Assembly: GCA_951406725.2 (NCBI GenBank) | Contig: OX597822.1 | Span: 80,166,001 to 80,230,000, forward strand | Source: Octopus vulgaris | Lineage: Eukaryota | DNA length: 64,000 bases | Reading direction: 5' to 3' | Shown here: positions 1-13,751 of the stretch, piece by piece | How positions within the stretch are numbered: position 1 is the first letter of the stretch | Layout: each line of letters starts with the position of its first letter | Program-made: the position numbers and the translations under genes | Notes under the pieces: model-generated | Told to the model about the DNA's origin: nothing | The model's database searches: none | Seen by the model: only the letters and a program-made list of their open reading frames with translations

Positions 1-301
1 GAAGAGATATGTAGATAGGAAGGTACAGTTCACTGTATTTATTGTTATATGTATGTTTCGTATATACGCGTATGTGCGTACATATCAGTGATCGCAACAG
101 AGGCATGTATAAATTAGTCGACGAATAAGGGTTGTACTTTATGTTTTCTTTCTAAATCCATGATCCAGAGACGCCAACCTCAATATTCATAACAAAAACT
201 ACATGAAAAAGCAAAAGAACAAGAGAGAAAGACGCGAATCACATTATCACCCATCCTCTCTCTCTAACGCGCACACACACGCACAAACACATTTACACGC
301 A

Positions 302-339
<38 letters not shown>

Positions 340-594
340 CAAACTCATGCATACATATGCTGCGATGCAAGCACACACACACACAGACACATGCACACAC
401 ACACACACATACACACATATATATACAGGCAAACTTATGCACATATACATATGCTGTGATGCAAGCACACGCATACACACACGCTCACACACATACACTT
501 GCAAACTTGTACAAACACACGCATACACCTGTAGACACACACACACACACACCTGCACATTCATACACTTATATACATATCTCTTTCTCTCTTT

Positions 595-977
595 CTCTTT
601 TACTTGTTTCAGTCATTTGACTGCGGCCATGCTGGAGCACCGCCTTTAGTCGAGCAAATCGACCCTGGGAATTATTCTTCGTAAGCCCAGTACTTATTCT
701 ATCGGTCTCTTTTTGCCGAACCGCTAATTGACGGGGACGTAAACACACCAGCATCGGTTGTCAAGCAATGCTAGCGGGACATATACACACACATGCATAT
801 ATATATATATATATACATATATACGACGGGCTTCTTTCAGTTTCCGTCTACCAAATCCAGTGGGTCGGCCCGGGGCTATAGAAGAAGACACTTGCCCAAG
901 ATACCACGCAGTGGGACTGAACCCGGAACCATGTGGTTGGTTAGCAAGCTACTTACCACACAGCCACTCCTGCGCCT
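595..977 (-). mobile_element. tRNA-derived SINE, family A (with internal microsatellite)
   Basis: Minus strand: A box TGGCTGTGTGG, B box GGTTCAGTCCC, CORE-like CTTGGGCAAGTG, internal (TA/TG)n, 3' tail GGCGGTGCTCCAGCATGGCCGCAGTC..TGAAAC. Further full or partial copies near 8.1, 14.0, 15.7, 15.9-16.5, 27.2, 29.0, 29.7, 31.8, 32.3, 44.1, 44.7, 52.2 and 60.4 kb. Confidence 0.85.
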
Positions 978-1782
978 ATATATGTGTATATGCAAATGTT
1001 TATAAACTCATATGCAAGCATACACATACATACATGCACGCATACGCACAAACACAGATATATGTGCAAACTTATACAAACACATACACGCGCATACTCA
1101 CCTATACACATATAGCCAACTACCTTACCGCACATATACACATATACACTTATGCAAACTAATATGAAGTCATACACACGCATAGACACTTTGGACACAC
1201 ACACACGCGCATGACCTTTGTTCAACCAGACAGACAAGGTAGTCAATGCTTTCAAGCTCGCCCACCTTACATATCCAGTCAAGCAACTGCGTAGCCATCG
1301 TCGAACCAGACGACTTATGAACCCACCAGCTAACCAGCCAACCAGGCAGGTAGCAAGCGGAATGATTAAGCAATCACTTGATTGTGCAGCCGACACCTTT
1401 TCTTCCTTTGTCCTCGTATTTTATGGGCCAACCACTCAAACCACCATCCAAACCGTAATCTAATAAAAAGGAAATATAAAATGACACCCGGAGGTCCGTA
1501 TAAGATTTTGCAATTAGAAAATATCAGCAATGAATTGGTAATATTTCTACAAATCGCAAAATATTTTAATTTTTCATACAATCACTAATAATATTTGATT
1601 AAAAAGTGTAACAAGGTTGTTTTTTTTTTGTTATTTTCATTAGAAATCAATTGGTAAAACAAAAAAAAAAAAAGTGTCGAGGATCACTGCTCTACATTGT
1701 CTGTCAATATGCGATAAATTGTAACTGAATCTTCCTATTATTTATTTAGAAAACAAGGTGCTTTTCTGTGTATGTGTGAGCC

Positions 1783-1840
<58 letters not shown>

Positions 1841-1875
1841 TACATACATACATACATACATACATACATACATAC

Positions 1876-2123
1876 AATAATGAGGCTATATATATATATA
1901 TATATATATAATAATGAGGCTATATATATATGTATATATATATATATAATAATGAGGCTATATATATATATGTATAATAATGAGGCTATATATATATATG
2001 TATAATAATGAGGCTATATATATATATATATAATGAGGCTATATATATATATATATATATAATGAGGCTATATATATATGTATATATAATAATGAGGCTA
2101 TATATATATATATAATAATGAGG

Positions 2124-2160
<37 letters not shown>
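1876..2160. repeat. Compound minisatellite: 9 x AATGAGGC separated by variable (TA)n
   Basis: Nine copies of the motif counted directly in the sequence. Confidence 0.95.
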
Positions 2161-2164
<4 letters not shown>

Positions 2165-2337
2165 AGATAATGAGGGTAGAAATTGATATCAATTTCTTAA
2201 CTTAAATTTAAACCCGTGGTCTAGCATATTCAAAAAAGTCCGAAGATTTTAAAATTATATTACAATTGTAAATTGTATTACAAACATCCATTTTTAGCAT
2301 ATAGGAATCCACTTTAGTGGTCATTCGTCTTATTAAT

Positions 2338-2655
2338 TGTGGCTTAGTGGTTAGGACATTCGACTGACGATTGTAAGGTCGTGAGTTCGATTCCCGGCGA
2401 TGCGTTGTGTCCTTGAGCAAGACACTTTATTTCACATTACTCCAGTTTACTCAGCTGGCAAAAATGAGTTGTACCTGTATTTCAAAGGGCCGGCCTTGTC
2501 ACATTCTGTGTCACGCTGAATCTCCCCGAGAACTACGTTAAGGGTACTCGTGTCTGTGGATTGCTCAGTCACTTGCACGTTAATTTCACGAGCAAGCTGT
2601 TCCGTTGATCGTATTAGCTGGGACCCTCGTCGTAGTAACCGACGGAGTGCTACTA
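2338..2655 (+). mobile_element. tRNA-derived SINE, family B
   Basis: A box TGGCTTAGTGG and B box GTTCGATTCC, followed by GTGTCCTTGAGCAAGACACTT central domain; decayed relatives near 11.9 and 14.5 kb. Confidence 0.8.
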
Positions 2656-2685
2656 ATATATATATATATGTGTGTGTGCGTGTTT

Positions 2686-5600
2686 ATTTTTATTTTATTT
2701 TATTTTATTTTATTTTATTTAGTTTCACCTCATAAGCTGTGGCCACGCTGGGGCACCGCCATTTGGTGTTGCTATATGATTTTACTTCACGAATGCTTTT
2801 TAGCAAATGCCATCTGGTGCATGAGTGAGTTCGATGCAGCTGCCCTCATCTGCACCTCCTGCCGTGAAGTTCGTTCATCTGGGACACCTGACAAGAAGAG
2901 ATCCAGTTTCATTTTAAAGACATCTGCATCCACCCCATGCAGGTCTCTTAGGTTCTTCGGGAGAATATTGAAGAGCTGTGAGCCTCACAGTATCTTGTCC
3001 TACATCTTGATGGCAAATTTGGAGTCCTTGGCACTATGCAGTGGCGCCCAGTTCTGGTATTTGTGTAACTCTCGATGCCAAAGTTTGAGACGAGTCCTTC
3101 TAGGATCTTCCAGAAGTATATTATGCCATATTTTTCTCGCCTACGCTCTAACGAATAGAGTCTCAATCTCTTGAGTCTTTCCCAATAGCTTATATGCTGC
3201 ACAGAGGCTAACTTCTTCGTGTAGCTTCGTTGGATCGCCTCAAGTTCTGTGATTAACTTGACATTGGATGGTGACCATAGCTGAGAGCAATAGTCAAAAT
3301 GGCTTAGGACAAGTGTCCTCCAGAGGACCATCATGGTTTCCTGGTCTCTTGTTCTAAAGATTCTAAGAATCCATCCGGTCAGCCGCCTACATTTCATTGC
3401 CAATTTAGCAACATGCACATGGAAGGTTGCATTATCACTCATGTAAATACCCAGGTCTCGCACTGATTGTGCCTCTGGGATTGCAGTCCCTCCAGGTCCA
3501 GTGTATTTATTGGGTATTGTATTTAGTTTTGCATGCTGATAGTATAAAGCTTGAAACGTTTCAGCATTGAACTGCATGCTATTCTTTTCAGCCCACTTGT
3601 ATATTTTGTCCAGCTCACATTGCAGGTGCTTAGTGTCTTCAGGGTTCTGTATCGCCTGTGAAACTTTTGTATCATCTGCATAACTTGTGATCGTGGCTCT
3701 CTGCGTGGCTGAGGGCATGTCTGAGAGGGCCATTATGAACAGTAGTGGTCCCAGAACAGTGCCTTGCGGAACACCCCTCACTATTTGCGTGTTAATGGAA
3801 GTGGCCCCATTGGCTACTACCACCTGACTTTTATCCTTCAGAAAGTCATGAAGCCATTCTCCCAATTTTCCAACTATGCCAAGATCACGCAGTTTGTGAT
3901 ATATCATTCCATGATCGACTTTATCAAAGGCCTTTGCAAAATCGAGATATATCACTTCCACATTTGAGTGGTTGAGCAGTCGTTTCAGCACCCAGTCATA
4001 GTGTTGTAGGAGCTGAGTTAAGCAGCTTATTCCTGGTCGGAAACCATGTTGGGTGTCAGGCAGCAAGTCATTTTCTTCAAGGAAGGTGATTAGTTTCCTT
4101 CTGACTATTCGTTCCATGACCTTGCTGATGTGTGAGGTCAGAGAGATAAGTCTGTAGTTCTTGGCCTCCGCTCTGCTACCTCATTTATGAATAGGGCATA
4201 TTTTACCTTCCTTCAGTTTTCTTGGAAGTTTGCCAGTTGCAAGGAAGCTCTGAAAGAGGAACTGCAGTGGTCTTGCTAGGACTCACTTACATACTTTTAG
4301 AAGGATTGCTGGGAATCCATCGGGGCCAGTAGCTGAGTTTGTTTTCATTTCATCAATAGCCTTTATTACATCGTCTTCCTTTATATTGATGTAATCAATA
4401 ATCGCTGCCTCTGATTTTATATCTGCAGTGGTAAAGAAGTCAATTGAATTGCTGACTTGAAAATGCCCTAAGGGTGGAGTGAACATACTCTTGAATTGCT
4501 CATTTAGTATTTCACTTACCCTCATTGGTAGCTGTTTCTTTGGCATACCTGTAGAAAGCTCTGTGGTTAGATGTTATGTTGTCTATAGCCCAGGCTTCTT
4601 TGTCTGCTCTTTCTTTTTCATGGGAGAGTTGCAGACATTTTTCGATTTCCAACAGTTTTATTTTTAGGCGGGACTTTTCACTGCTCTCAATCTGTTTGTT
4701 TAGGCGATTTGAAAATTTCGTACGCCGTCTCATTAAGATTTTCCTCTCTCTGGGGATTTTGTTCTTGTGTACAGTGGCCTTTCTCTCTGGGACACATTTG
4801 TAGCATATGGCTTGCATTACAGACATGAATTGTTGAAGCTTCATGTCGATGTCTGGCGAGGATAGACATTCAGGCCAGTTTTGTTTGAGGATCTCTTTCT
4901 CAATTTATTTCCAGTTTGCCTTATGGAAGTTCAAGCTGGAATGATTCTGAGAGTTTCTTGTAGGCTGCATGTCCATGCTTTCCTTTGGCCCGCACATGGT
5001 CAGCTCTACCATATTGTGATCCGAGAGTAGTGTCGGCGTCACTTTCACATTATGGATGAGATCCATATTATTTGTGAAGCAGAAATCCAGTATGTTACCT
5101 GCCCTGGTTGGTTTGAGTATTACTTGCTCCATGTACAGAGTGTTGATGAGGTTCAGGAGGGACCTCGCCTGTCCTCGTTCACATCGTGTCATTCCTGGGA
5201 GAGAAAGGCCCTCGGGCCATCTGACATTGGGTAGATTGAAGTCTCCCATAAGAAGTACACTTATGTGTTGTTCTGTGACAAAACTTCTATTTTTATAAGG
5301 CAGTCTTCAAACTTGCCTACATGGCTTGGGGCATCTGGAGGGCGATATGTAGCACATATAACTACACCAAGTTGCCTTATATGTACAATTAGTGTGTCAC
5401 ACACCGAATTTGAGTATGACAAAAGGACCTGGGGTGTGAGGTCCTCGCGGATGTACATAGCAACTCCTCCACGACTCCTTTCTTTTCTGTCGGTCCGTAG
5501 TACAACATACTGTGGTATGTGTATTTCCGCTTCTGTTATGTCCAGTTTCAGGTGTGTTTACTTAAGTGCTATGCATAAGGCTTGATTGCATGCAACAAAG

Positions 5601-6545
5601 TCTCTCAAGAACGGGATTCTTGTCCTATTACTGAGTGTTAGCAGTCCTCTGATGTTCGGTAGGAGCATCGAGGTGAGGTGTATACTGTTGCCGGCGGTGT
5701 CCACCTTGGGTCTATTTGCTGTAGCGGTCTTGTGTATAGTCCCATCTCCATGGTTTTGGCTTTGGCTTTTGGTGCTGGTAGGAACACTTGCACTTGGGTT
5801 TACTTCCCGGGCAGTTTTCTCACCTGGATCTTCTTTGTTCCTGTCCTGGGTGTCTACCAAGTGAGGGTGACATATTTCATCAGCACCCGCGCCTCCATCC
5901 TTGCCGTCTTTACTTTGTTCGTGCCAATGTGAGATCTTATGAGTGCATAGGAGCGTATAAACTCCTGCTTCTTTCGCTCTATCTGTGCTTTCGTCCTTTT
6001 ATATCCACTGCTCTTCAGCGCAGCTGTAATTATGTTGTTCGGATTATCTCCATCGGCCAATTCGTTACTTCTCCAGGTTCTGGACATTTTGGACGTTTTA
6101 TTTATTTATCTATCTAATTATATTTAAAATTTAATAGTGCGATAGAGGTTAGAGAAGAACTAGAGAAAGAAAGTGTCTATGTATTTAGAGAGATTGAGAG
6201 CTGAGAGAAGATAAGAAGAGAGTAAGAGAAGAAAGTTCGCGTCTGTATATTTTGAAAAATTGAGAGGCTGAGAGAGTAAGGATGGTGTGACAGAGAGAGG
6301 TGGAGAAGTGAAGAGACAAGGAAAGAGGTGTGAGGGAGAGAAGTGAAGAGACAGAGAGAGAAAGAAATGAAAGAGAGGAGGTTATGCAATAGATTGAGCG
6401 GCTGAGAGAAGATAAGAAGAGAGTGAGAGAGAGTCTATATATTTAGGAAGATTGAGAGGCTGAGAGAAGAAAGATGTTGTGATAGAGAAAGAGATGAAAG
6501 AGAGAAAGTGATGCAAAAGATTGAGCGGCTGAGAGAAGAAAGCCG
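2686..6545 (-). mobile_element. Near full-length CR1-group LINE (frameshifted)
   Basis: APE motifs (NIRGL, YRPP, GDFNLP, SDHNMV) at 4905-5640, RT at 2948-4117, (AAAAT)n tail at ~2686-2720, CT-rich repeated 5' region 6117-6545. Confidence 0.9.
2948..4117 (-). pseudogene. LINE reverse transcriptase domain (CR1 group), largest open fragment of a broken ORF
   Basis: QHGFRPG, YLDFAKAFDKVDH, GVPQGTVLGPLLF, YADDTK, RDLGI, LYSLERRR; upstream parts lie in other frames. Confidence 0.95.
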
Positions 6546-6571
6546 TGTGTGTGTGTGTGTGTGTGTGTGTA

Positions 6572-6805
6572 TAGGCGGCGAGCTGGCAGAAACGTTAGCA
6601 CGCCGGGCGAAATGCTTAGCGGTATTTCGTCTGCGTTACGTTGTGAGTTCAAATTCCGCCGAGGTCGACTTGCCTTTCACCCTTTCGGAGTCGATAAATT
6701 AAGTACCAGTTACGCACTGGGGTTGATGTAATCGACTTAATACCTATGTCTGTCCTTGTTTGTCCCTTCTGTGTTTAACCCCTTGTGGGTAATAAAGAAA
6801 TAGGT
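6572..6805 (+). mobile_element. SINE family C
   Basis: GGCGGCGAGCTGGCAGAA head, B-box-like GAGTTCAAATTCC, central GTCGAC..CCTTTCA..GTCGATAAATTAAGTACCAG; multiple copies in the window. Confidence 0.85.
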
Positions 6806-7157
6806 AATTATGTGGATAAAGAAATTGGACACGTTAAATGTATCAAATATATAAAATATAATAATTTAGGTATGAAATACAAAATATGTATGCATATATA
6901 CATGCGAAACGAGAGAAAGCAAAAGATGGAGATTTCCAGATGATGAATTTTTAAGTATAACTATGAAGATATCTATTTTAACACAGAGTACAAACGACAG
7001 TGAAAAGTAAGTGGGTGGGAGAAAGGTGTTATAAGTCCAACAGCTGTTTCTGGTGGCTCGGAGATCCATATTTATGTTGGTAAATGTAGTTCATCTCAAT
7101 ATGCAACCGTATGGATGCGATTAACATTGGTTAAAACGGACTATAAATACATACATA

Positions 7158-7198
<41 letters not shown>

Positions 7199-7717
7199 GT
7201 GTGTGTCTCTCTGTGTGTATACATGTACGTACATGTATATGTGCTGTGTGTGTGTGTGTGTGTGTGTGTGTCTGTGTATACATATACGTACATGTATATG
7301 TGCTGTGTGTGTCTGTATTAACATCATAGGAATTTATGATATCAGAAATAATAAAAAAGTACTTGTTTTTGGAACGATGGATCTCAAAGCAAATAATAAT
7401 ATAAACAATAGCGTGTGAATATTGGATTAAAAACCTTTTGGAGAGAAAATTCGAAAGCTGGCCGTGGAACAGGTACCTTCATCTATTGTAAACAAGACTG
7501 GTAAGAATAAAGGTTTCTAAAATGGAAACATTCGAAAGATTGTTGTGGAGCAGTGGTAAGACGCTTGTCATATTTATAGGTGATGTGGGTTCGCGTCACA
7601 CGGGTAGCTTACCACTTTTTCTATTCAAAGTGTTTGTTACCCAATATTATTAAACTTTTATTTATAGCTTCCTCTGCTTCGAGATGCAGCATTTTCAAAA
7701 AGAATTATATATCTATG

Positions 7718-7767
<50 letters not shown>

Positions 7768-7773
<6 letters not shown>

Positions 7774-8023
7774 ATCACGTGACCGACCAGTCCATCAGAT
7801 GTAGTTACACATCGCTGGTCACAATGCATTCGCATTGTTTTAGCCTTCGAATGACGCCACCCCGCTGGCTAAGCGAGCAGGCCAACAGAAGAAAGCGTGG
7901 TGAAAGAGTACAGCAGGGATCACCCCCCCTGCTGGAGACTCGTGGAGTTTTCGCTCAATAAACACTCACAACGCCCGGTCTGGGAATCGAAACCGCGATC
8001 CCACGACCGCGAATCCGCTGCCC
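7768..8023 (-). mobile_element. tRNA-derived SINE (family E) inserted in (TA)n
   Basis: Minus-strand head with B-box-like GGTTTCGATTCCC; GC-rich block flanked on both sides by (TA)n. Confidence 0.65.
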
Positions 8024-8028
8024 TATAT

Positions 8029-8063
<35 letters not shown>

Positions 8064-8599
8064 TACTTGTTTCAGTCATTAGAGAGCGACCATGCTCGCG
8101 CACCGCCTTGAACAATCTTTAGTTGAATAAATCGACTGCAATACGGTTTTTTCTAAGCTTGGTACTTATTTTATCAGTCACGATTTTAATACAAATGTAT
8201 TAATACTTCTGGTGTCTCTGAGGACATATTTTGTGACTAGAAACATGAGTCAATACGTGTGTCATTATGCGCGCGTGTGCCTGTGTGTGTGTGCGTGTGT
8301 CTATACAAGTGTCCACTCGCTTTCACTCATTGTATCGAATCAAAATAATGTTCTAAATATAAATGCTTTTTCCGACTCATTGAATTCTTACCTAAAAATG
8401 ATGTATGAACAAATACTTTCTTCATATTTACGCGATATTATTAGCAGTGATATCATAACTTATTTCTGTAACATTTCTTTTTTAAACTTGATTTTGTTTT
8501 TTTTTCCGGAGTATCGTGTAAAGTCTATCGTCGTCGTCATCGTCATCGTCATCGTCATCATCATCATCATCATCATCATCATTTTTAAAATCATTATTA

Positions 8600-8953
8600 T
8601 TATCATTGCCTTTGTACAGCTTCTAAAGCTGGAGATGTACTACGGTGTCAGCTGTTCACTACCAGTTAACTAAGGTAACACCCCTTATTTTCCGAGCACC
8701 TTCCGGAGTATTCGAGCGATTCCAAGCAGTGCTGTTTTCTTCAAGTGCTCCACCCTTATTGTAGCCCCTATTTGTTCCACGTACTTCTCGAAATGTTTGC
8801 TCACTGTTCCCAGGGCTCCATCAATTATTGGTAGTGCTGCTACATTTTTCCTCGACCACAACTGCTTAACCTCCCAAGCTAACCTGTCATATCTCTCAAC
8901 TTTTCTTTCTTCCTTATCGCATACCTTGTTGTCAGCCGGGCATGCTATATCTA

Positions 8954-8957
<4 letters not shown>
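8600..8957 (-). mobile_element. R4/Dong-clade non-LTR 3' fragment (restriction-like endonuclease) in (TAA)n
   Basis: IDIACP..EERKVERYDRL..PIIDGALGTV..KTALLGIARILRKVL; flanked by ATT/ATC repeats. Confidence 0.85.
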
Positions 8958-8994
<37 letters not shown>

Positions 8995-9009
8995 GCGTTG
9001 TTGTTATTC

Positions 9010-9710
9010 AGGTGTTGAGCTAGCAGAATCCGTAACATGCTGGCCGAGATTCTTACGGTATTTCGCCCGTCGCAACGTTCTAAGTTCAAATTCTGCCGAG
9101 TTCGACTATTCCTTTCATTCTTTCAGAGTCGATGAATTAAGTACCAGTGAAACACTGGGGTCGATGTAATCAGCTAGATCCCTTCCCCGAAATTTCAGAC
9201 CTTGTGCCTACAGCAGAAAGGATTATTATTTATTATCATTATTATTATTGATATTATTCAAGTGGCGAGCTGGCAGAATCCGTAGCATGCTGGACGAAAT
9301 GCTTAGCGGTATTTCACCCGTTCTAAAGTTCTAAGATCAAATTCCACCGAGGTCGACTTTGCCTTTCATCCTTTTGCGGTTGATAAATTAAGTACCAGTT
9401 GAACACTAGGGTCAATATAATCGACTCATTATCTTCCTCAAAATTGCTACCCTTATGGCAAAATTTGAAATGCATCATTTTTCTTATTGTTATTATTTAG
9501 GTGGCGAGCCGGCAGAGTCGTCAGCACCTTGAACAAAATGCTTAGCGGCATTTCGTACGAGTTCACGTCCTGAGTTCAAATTTTGTGGAGCTCGACTTTG
9601 CTCTTCGTCCCTTCGGATCGATAAAATAAGTACCAGTTAAATACTGGAGTCTATGTAATCGACTCACTCTCTCCCCCGAAAGTGCTGGTCTAGTGCATAA
9701 ATTTGAAATC
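9010..9710 (+). mobile_element. Three tandem SINE-C copies separated by (ATT)n
   Basis: Heads at ~9010, 9261 and 9499, each with GTTCAAATT-like box and AAGTACCAG core. Confidence 0.85.
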
Positions 9711-9908
9711 ATAATGATAATAATAATAATAATAATAATAACAACATTAATAATAATAATAATAACAACATTAATAATAATAATAACAACAACAACATTA
9801 ATAATAATAGTAACAACAACAACAATAATAATAATAACAATAATAATAATAATACTAATAGTAATAGCAATAATAATAATAATGATTATTATTATTATTA
9901 TTATTATT

Positions 9909-10457
9909 GAGTGAGAGAGTATTGCATGCCATCAAAGTGACACTGAGGAAAAATATACGAAGCCCAGTATACCTATCATAACTACCCGTCTGATAAGGGT
10001 ACAATAGGTACATGCATTACAATCAAATGTGTGCGGCATAATGATCACATATCAAGATAAACAACACATGACCTTGCAGGTGGGACCCAGTTAGAATTTT
10101 CTTCTGGTCGAGTAGCCCATCCCGCTCAAATGGTCTCTGAATAAGGATTGTTTAAGGATGTTGAACGAAACACCCATGTTTCCAGAGGTAAATTATTCAA
10201 ACCCTAAAGAATCCCTCTCAACACATGGCTATGATGCTCCCCCACTATTTCTGTTCGTGATCAGAGATGCACATATCGTCAGCTATTAAGGGAATGCTCA
10301 ACTGGTTAAGGTCAAATAACTGACAAGCAAATCTGTTGTATTGAGCAGAATATTTGCTGTAGCCCATCTTTTATACCAAGACTAAACAATGATAACACTT
10401 CCAATCAGTTAAGATCAGAAGCCATGAGAGTCACTGTCCGGTACTGCATCAGGGCAT
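9909..10457 (-). mobile_element. ~550-bp non-coding repeat, family D, in (TAA)n
   Basis: Reverse-complement homologue of 18957-19507; flanked by (ATT)n. Confidence 0.85.
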
Positions 10458-10477
10458 TTATTATTATTATTATTATT

Positions 10478-11005
10478 GAGTGAGAGAGCATTGCATGCCA
10501 TCAAAGGGACACTGGGATAAAATATACGAACCCCCATATACCTATCATGAATAACCGTCTGATAAGAGTACACTAGGCACATGTATCATAACTCTGTGCG
10601 CGACATAGTGATCTCATGTCAAAATAAACAGCGCATGACGTTGCAGGTGGGACCCTTTTAGAAATTTGTTCAGGTCGAGTATCCCATCCTGCTCAAACAG
10701 TCTCTGAATAAGGGTTCTTTATGGATGTTTGACGAAGCACCTATATTTCCACAGATGAATTCTTCTCAACGCATAGCTATGACACTCCCCCCTCTACTTC
10801 TGTTCGTGATCAGAGATACACATGCCATCAGTCAGTAAGGGACATGCTCAACTGGTTAAGGTCAAATATCTGAGAAGCAAACCTGTGGTATTTAACAGAA
10901 TATTTGCTGTCGCCCATCTTTTATACCAAAACATAACACGGTACATAGTAACATTTCCAGTCAGGTAAGATGAGAATCCACGAGAGCCACTGTCTCGCAC
11001 TGAAT
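10478..11005 (-). mobile_element. Family D, older diverged copy
   Basis: Colinear with 9909-10457 and shares its terminus. Confidence 0.8.
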
Positions 11006-11048
11006 TCTATTCGACTGGTTATTAGTTTCTCCATGACTATGCAAAATC

Positions 11049-11112
<64 letters not shown>

Positions 11113-11644
11113 TACACATATATGCATACATAGATGTATATATATACGTATATGTGTGTATGTTACAACTACCAGTGTTCGTTTGAGTAACTTCAATGCA
11201 CATATACATATACATTTATACATACATTCACATACACATACATACATACATACATACATACGTATATATATAATCAAAATAAGCAACAAGGATATCCAGT
11301 GTTAATGCAGTACGATCGTTTCACGCAGCTCCATTTAGTTGAACAATGCAATCATTACATCAATTTAAATGCAGTGCAATCCTCAGGTGCACAAAGACAT
11401 AGAATTTAAGTAAATTAAAACAGCTGGACAAATTAGTATAATTTTACTTAAAATCTCCACTTAGTTTTCTTAGTGTTCTGTAAATATTTAAATAACTAAA
11501 TGCGTGCACACGAATGTTCATCTGGATATTTTCAGTTTTTCTTTCTTTCTATATACATACATCCCTTATACATTTTCATGTGCATATGTATATCTTATAT
11601 ATCAATTCCAAATGTGTTTATTTGCATCTCTCTCTCTCTTTCTT

Positions 11645-11729
<85 letters not shown>

Positions 11730-13274
11730 TAATGGAATATCTGGTCGATAACAACGACAGGTGAGTGTTCATTTTTTGCTGAATGATCTTCTCATATGAT
11801 TTGTTTAGAATGATCAAATTTATGTGCTGCAAATTACCTCAGTTCTTCCATCAAATCCACATTGCCCGTAAAGGTGTGCAAGCCTATCACCCGCCAGATG
11901 TTGAAATGATTGTAGAGCAAAGTGAAATGAAGTGTTTTACTCATAAACAAAACGCGTCGCCCGGTCTGGGAGTTGCACTCACTATCTGGCGATCGGGAGC
12001 GCATCACCGTCATCACTAGGCCATGCGCCCTCGCCATACACACACACACATACAACACAGAGAAACACATATACTGGTGATGATGATGATGATGAAGAAG
12101 AAGGGAGGACGGTGGTGGCGGTACGGTTGCCACCGATGGTGCTATCGATGCACACAAAAAGCACTATCAATATTTGCAAACGCCTTCTGAACCCTCACCC
12201 ACGCTTGCCACCATGCACTTGGCAACAAGATCAATAAAAGGGAGAACAACAGCAACAACAATAACAACAACAACGACAACAGCAACAATTCCATTAGCAC
12301 CATTTGTAAACACTGCTAGCCTAACATGATTACACCCAGTGCTAGAACGACCACTTTCACTATGACCAGCTAGTACTTCCTCTCCAAAACCGCAACAGTC
12401 GGCACTATCACGATTCCTACCGTCGACACAACATGGCCACTACAATTCCGGCTCCTCTCTCCCAGACATCGCTACCACCATCACTACCACCACGAAAGCC
12501 ACCACCACCGCCACCGTCACTGCCACCACCACGCCAGCGCGGACAGCGAAACAGACGGCTGCTATTGAATCACCGACACCGCCCTTCACCGTCAACAACA
12601 ACATTCTTGTAACTCTACGCACCGGACATTAGTACCACTGCCATAAAAAGAAAACCACCAACGCCGACATTGTCACCGCAATAACCAATATGATGGTCAG
12701 ACATGCATTCTCTTATACATGTTCGCACGCGCATGTATGTGTGTGCTTGTGTAGGTATATTCATACATATTTCAGTCACCGCCACGAGGAATTTTATTCA
12801 AACGAAGAATCCATTTTTTTTATTCGCCAAATATGCATTTCTAAAAGACAGTAAAAATTTGAAAATCGGCTATAATGATAAAGTTTTCCAGTCTTATTGC
12901 TATGAACGTATGATGTTGTTGAGAAAAATGTTAGAGGAAAATGTTATAGAGGTTTAAAAATAAAAAAAACTGTGTATTTATAAATAGCGAGGTAGAAATT
13001 TTCTGCGTTTAGCGGAACGGTGTCAAATTTAAGGTTGTACCCTGTAAAATTTGTAGTTTAGTGCCTGTGAAATGACCTCTTCATTGTAGATTTCTAAATA
13101 AACAGAAATACCTAATAAAAATCAACATGTAGCATCTTACAGCTTCTTTTGTCTCTTCATTGATTGGCATGTTTTTATAATTAACTTTTAAATTTGTAAT
13201 ATTAATATTTTTGTCTGCGTGTCTTTACGTTATGCGTATATCAGTATTATGATTACCTGTTATGTATTTGTGTA

Positions 13275-13313
<39 letters not shown>

Positions 13314-13314
<1 letters not shown>

Positions 13315-13693
13315 TAGCAGTATCGCCCGGCGTTGCTCAGGTTTGTAAGGAAAATAACTATAAAGCATTTTTAGAGAGTTATAGCCAAAAAATAGCACAA
13401 AAATGGAAAAAAAATGATGGTAATTTTTTTTTTTGAGAGTTAAAAAAGGTGGAGTTGCGTCCCCTAGACGGTCTGTGGTTTGGGTTTCTGATTCTCGACC
13501 CCATGTCGAATTTATCGATTTTTTCAGAACTGGGGGAACTTTTCAAAATTTTCGCTGCGTTAGTTTTGAATTATGACATTGGGCTATGTGTGTGTCAAGT
13601 TTCATCAGAATCGGTTGAAAGCCGTGGTCAGAGTGAGGGTACGAGAAAACAGACACACAGAAAACGCACAGACAAACTGCCGTTTATATATAG

Positions 13694-13694
<1 letters not shown>
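13314..13694 (-). mobile_element. Non-autonomous Helitron
   Basis: Minus strand starts TC and ends GGGCGATACTGCTAG after a GC hairpin; inserted between A and T in (TA)n. Same 3' end as 53755-54449. Confidence 0.8.

Positions 13695-13751
<57 letters not shown>

Noticed and set aside
1876-2160. CRISPR-like repeat-spacer look
   Set aside because: Repeat is only ~8-11 bp, spacers are (TA)n, there are no cas genes, and the context is eukaryotic.
2338-2400. tRNA gene
   Set aside because: A/B boxes continue into a SINE body; no complete cloverleaf.
12080-12700. Thr/His-rich mucin-like stretch
   Set aside because: Degenerate ACC/AAC trinucleotide repeats with stops and no splice support.
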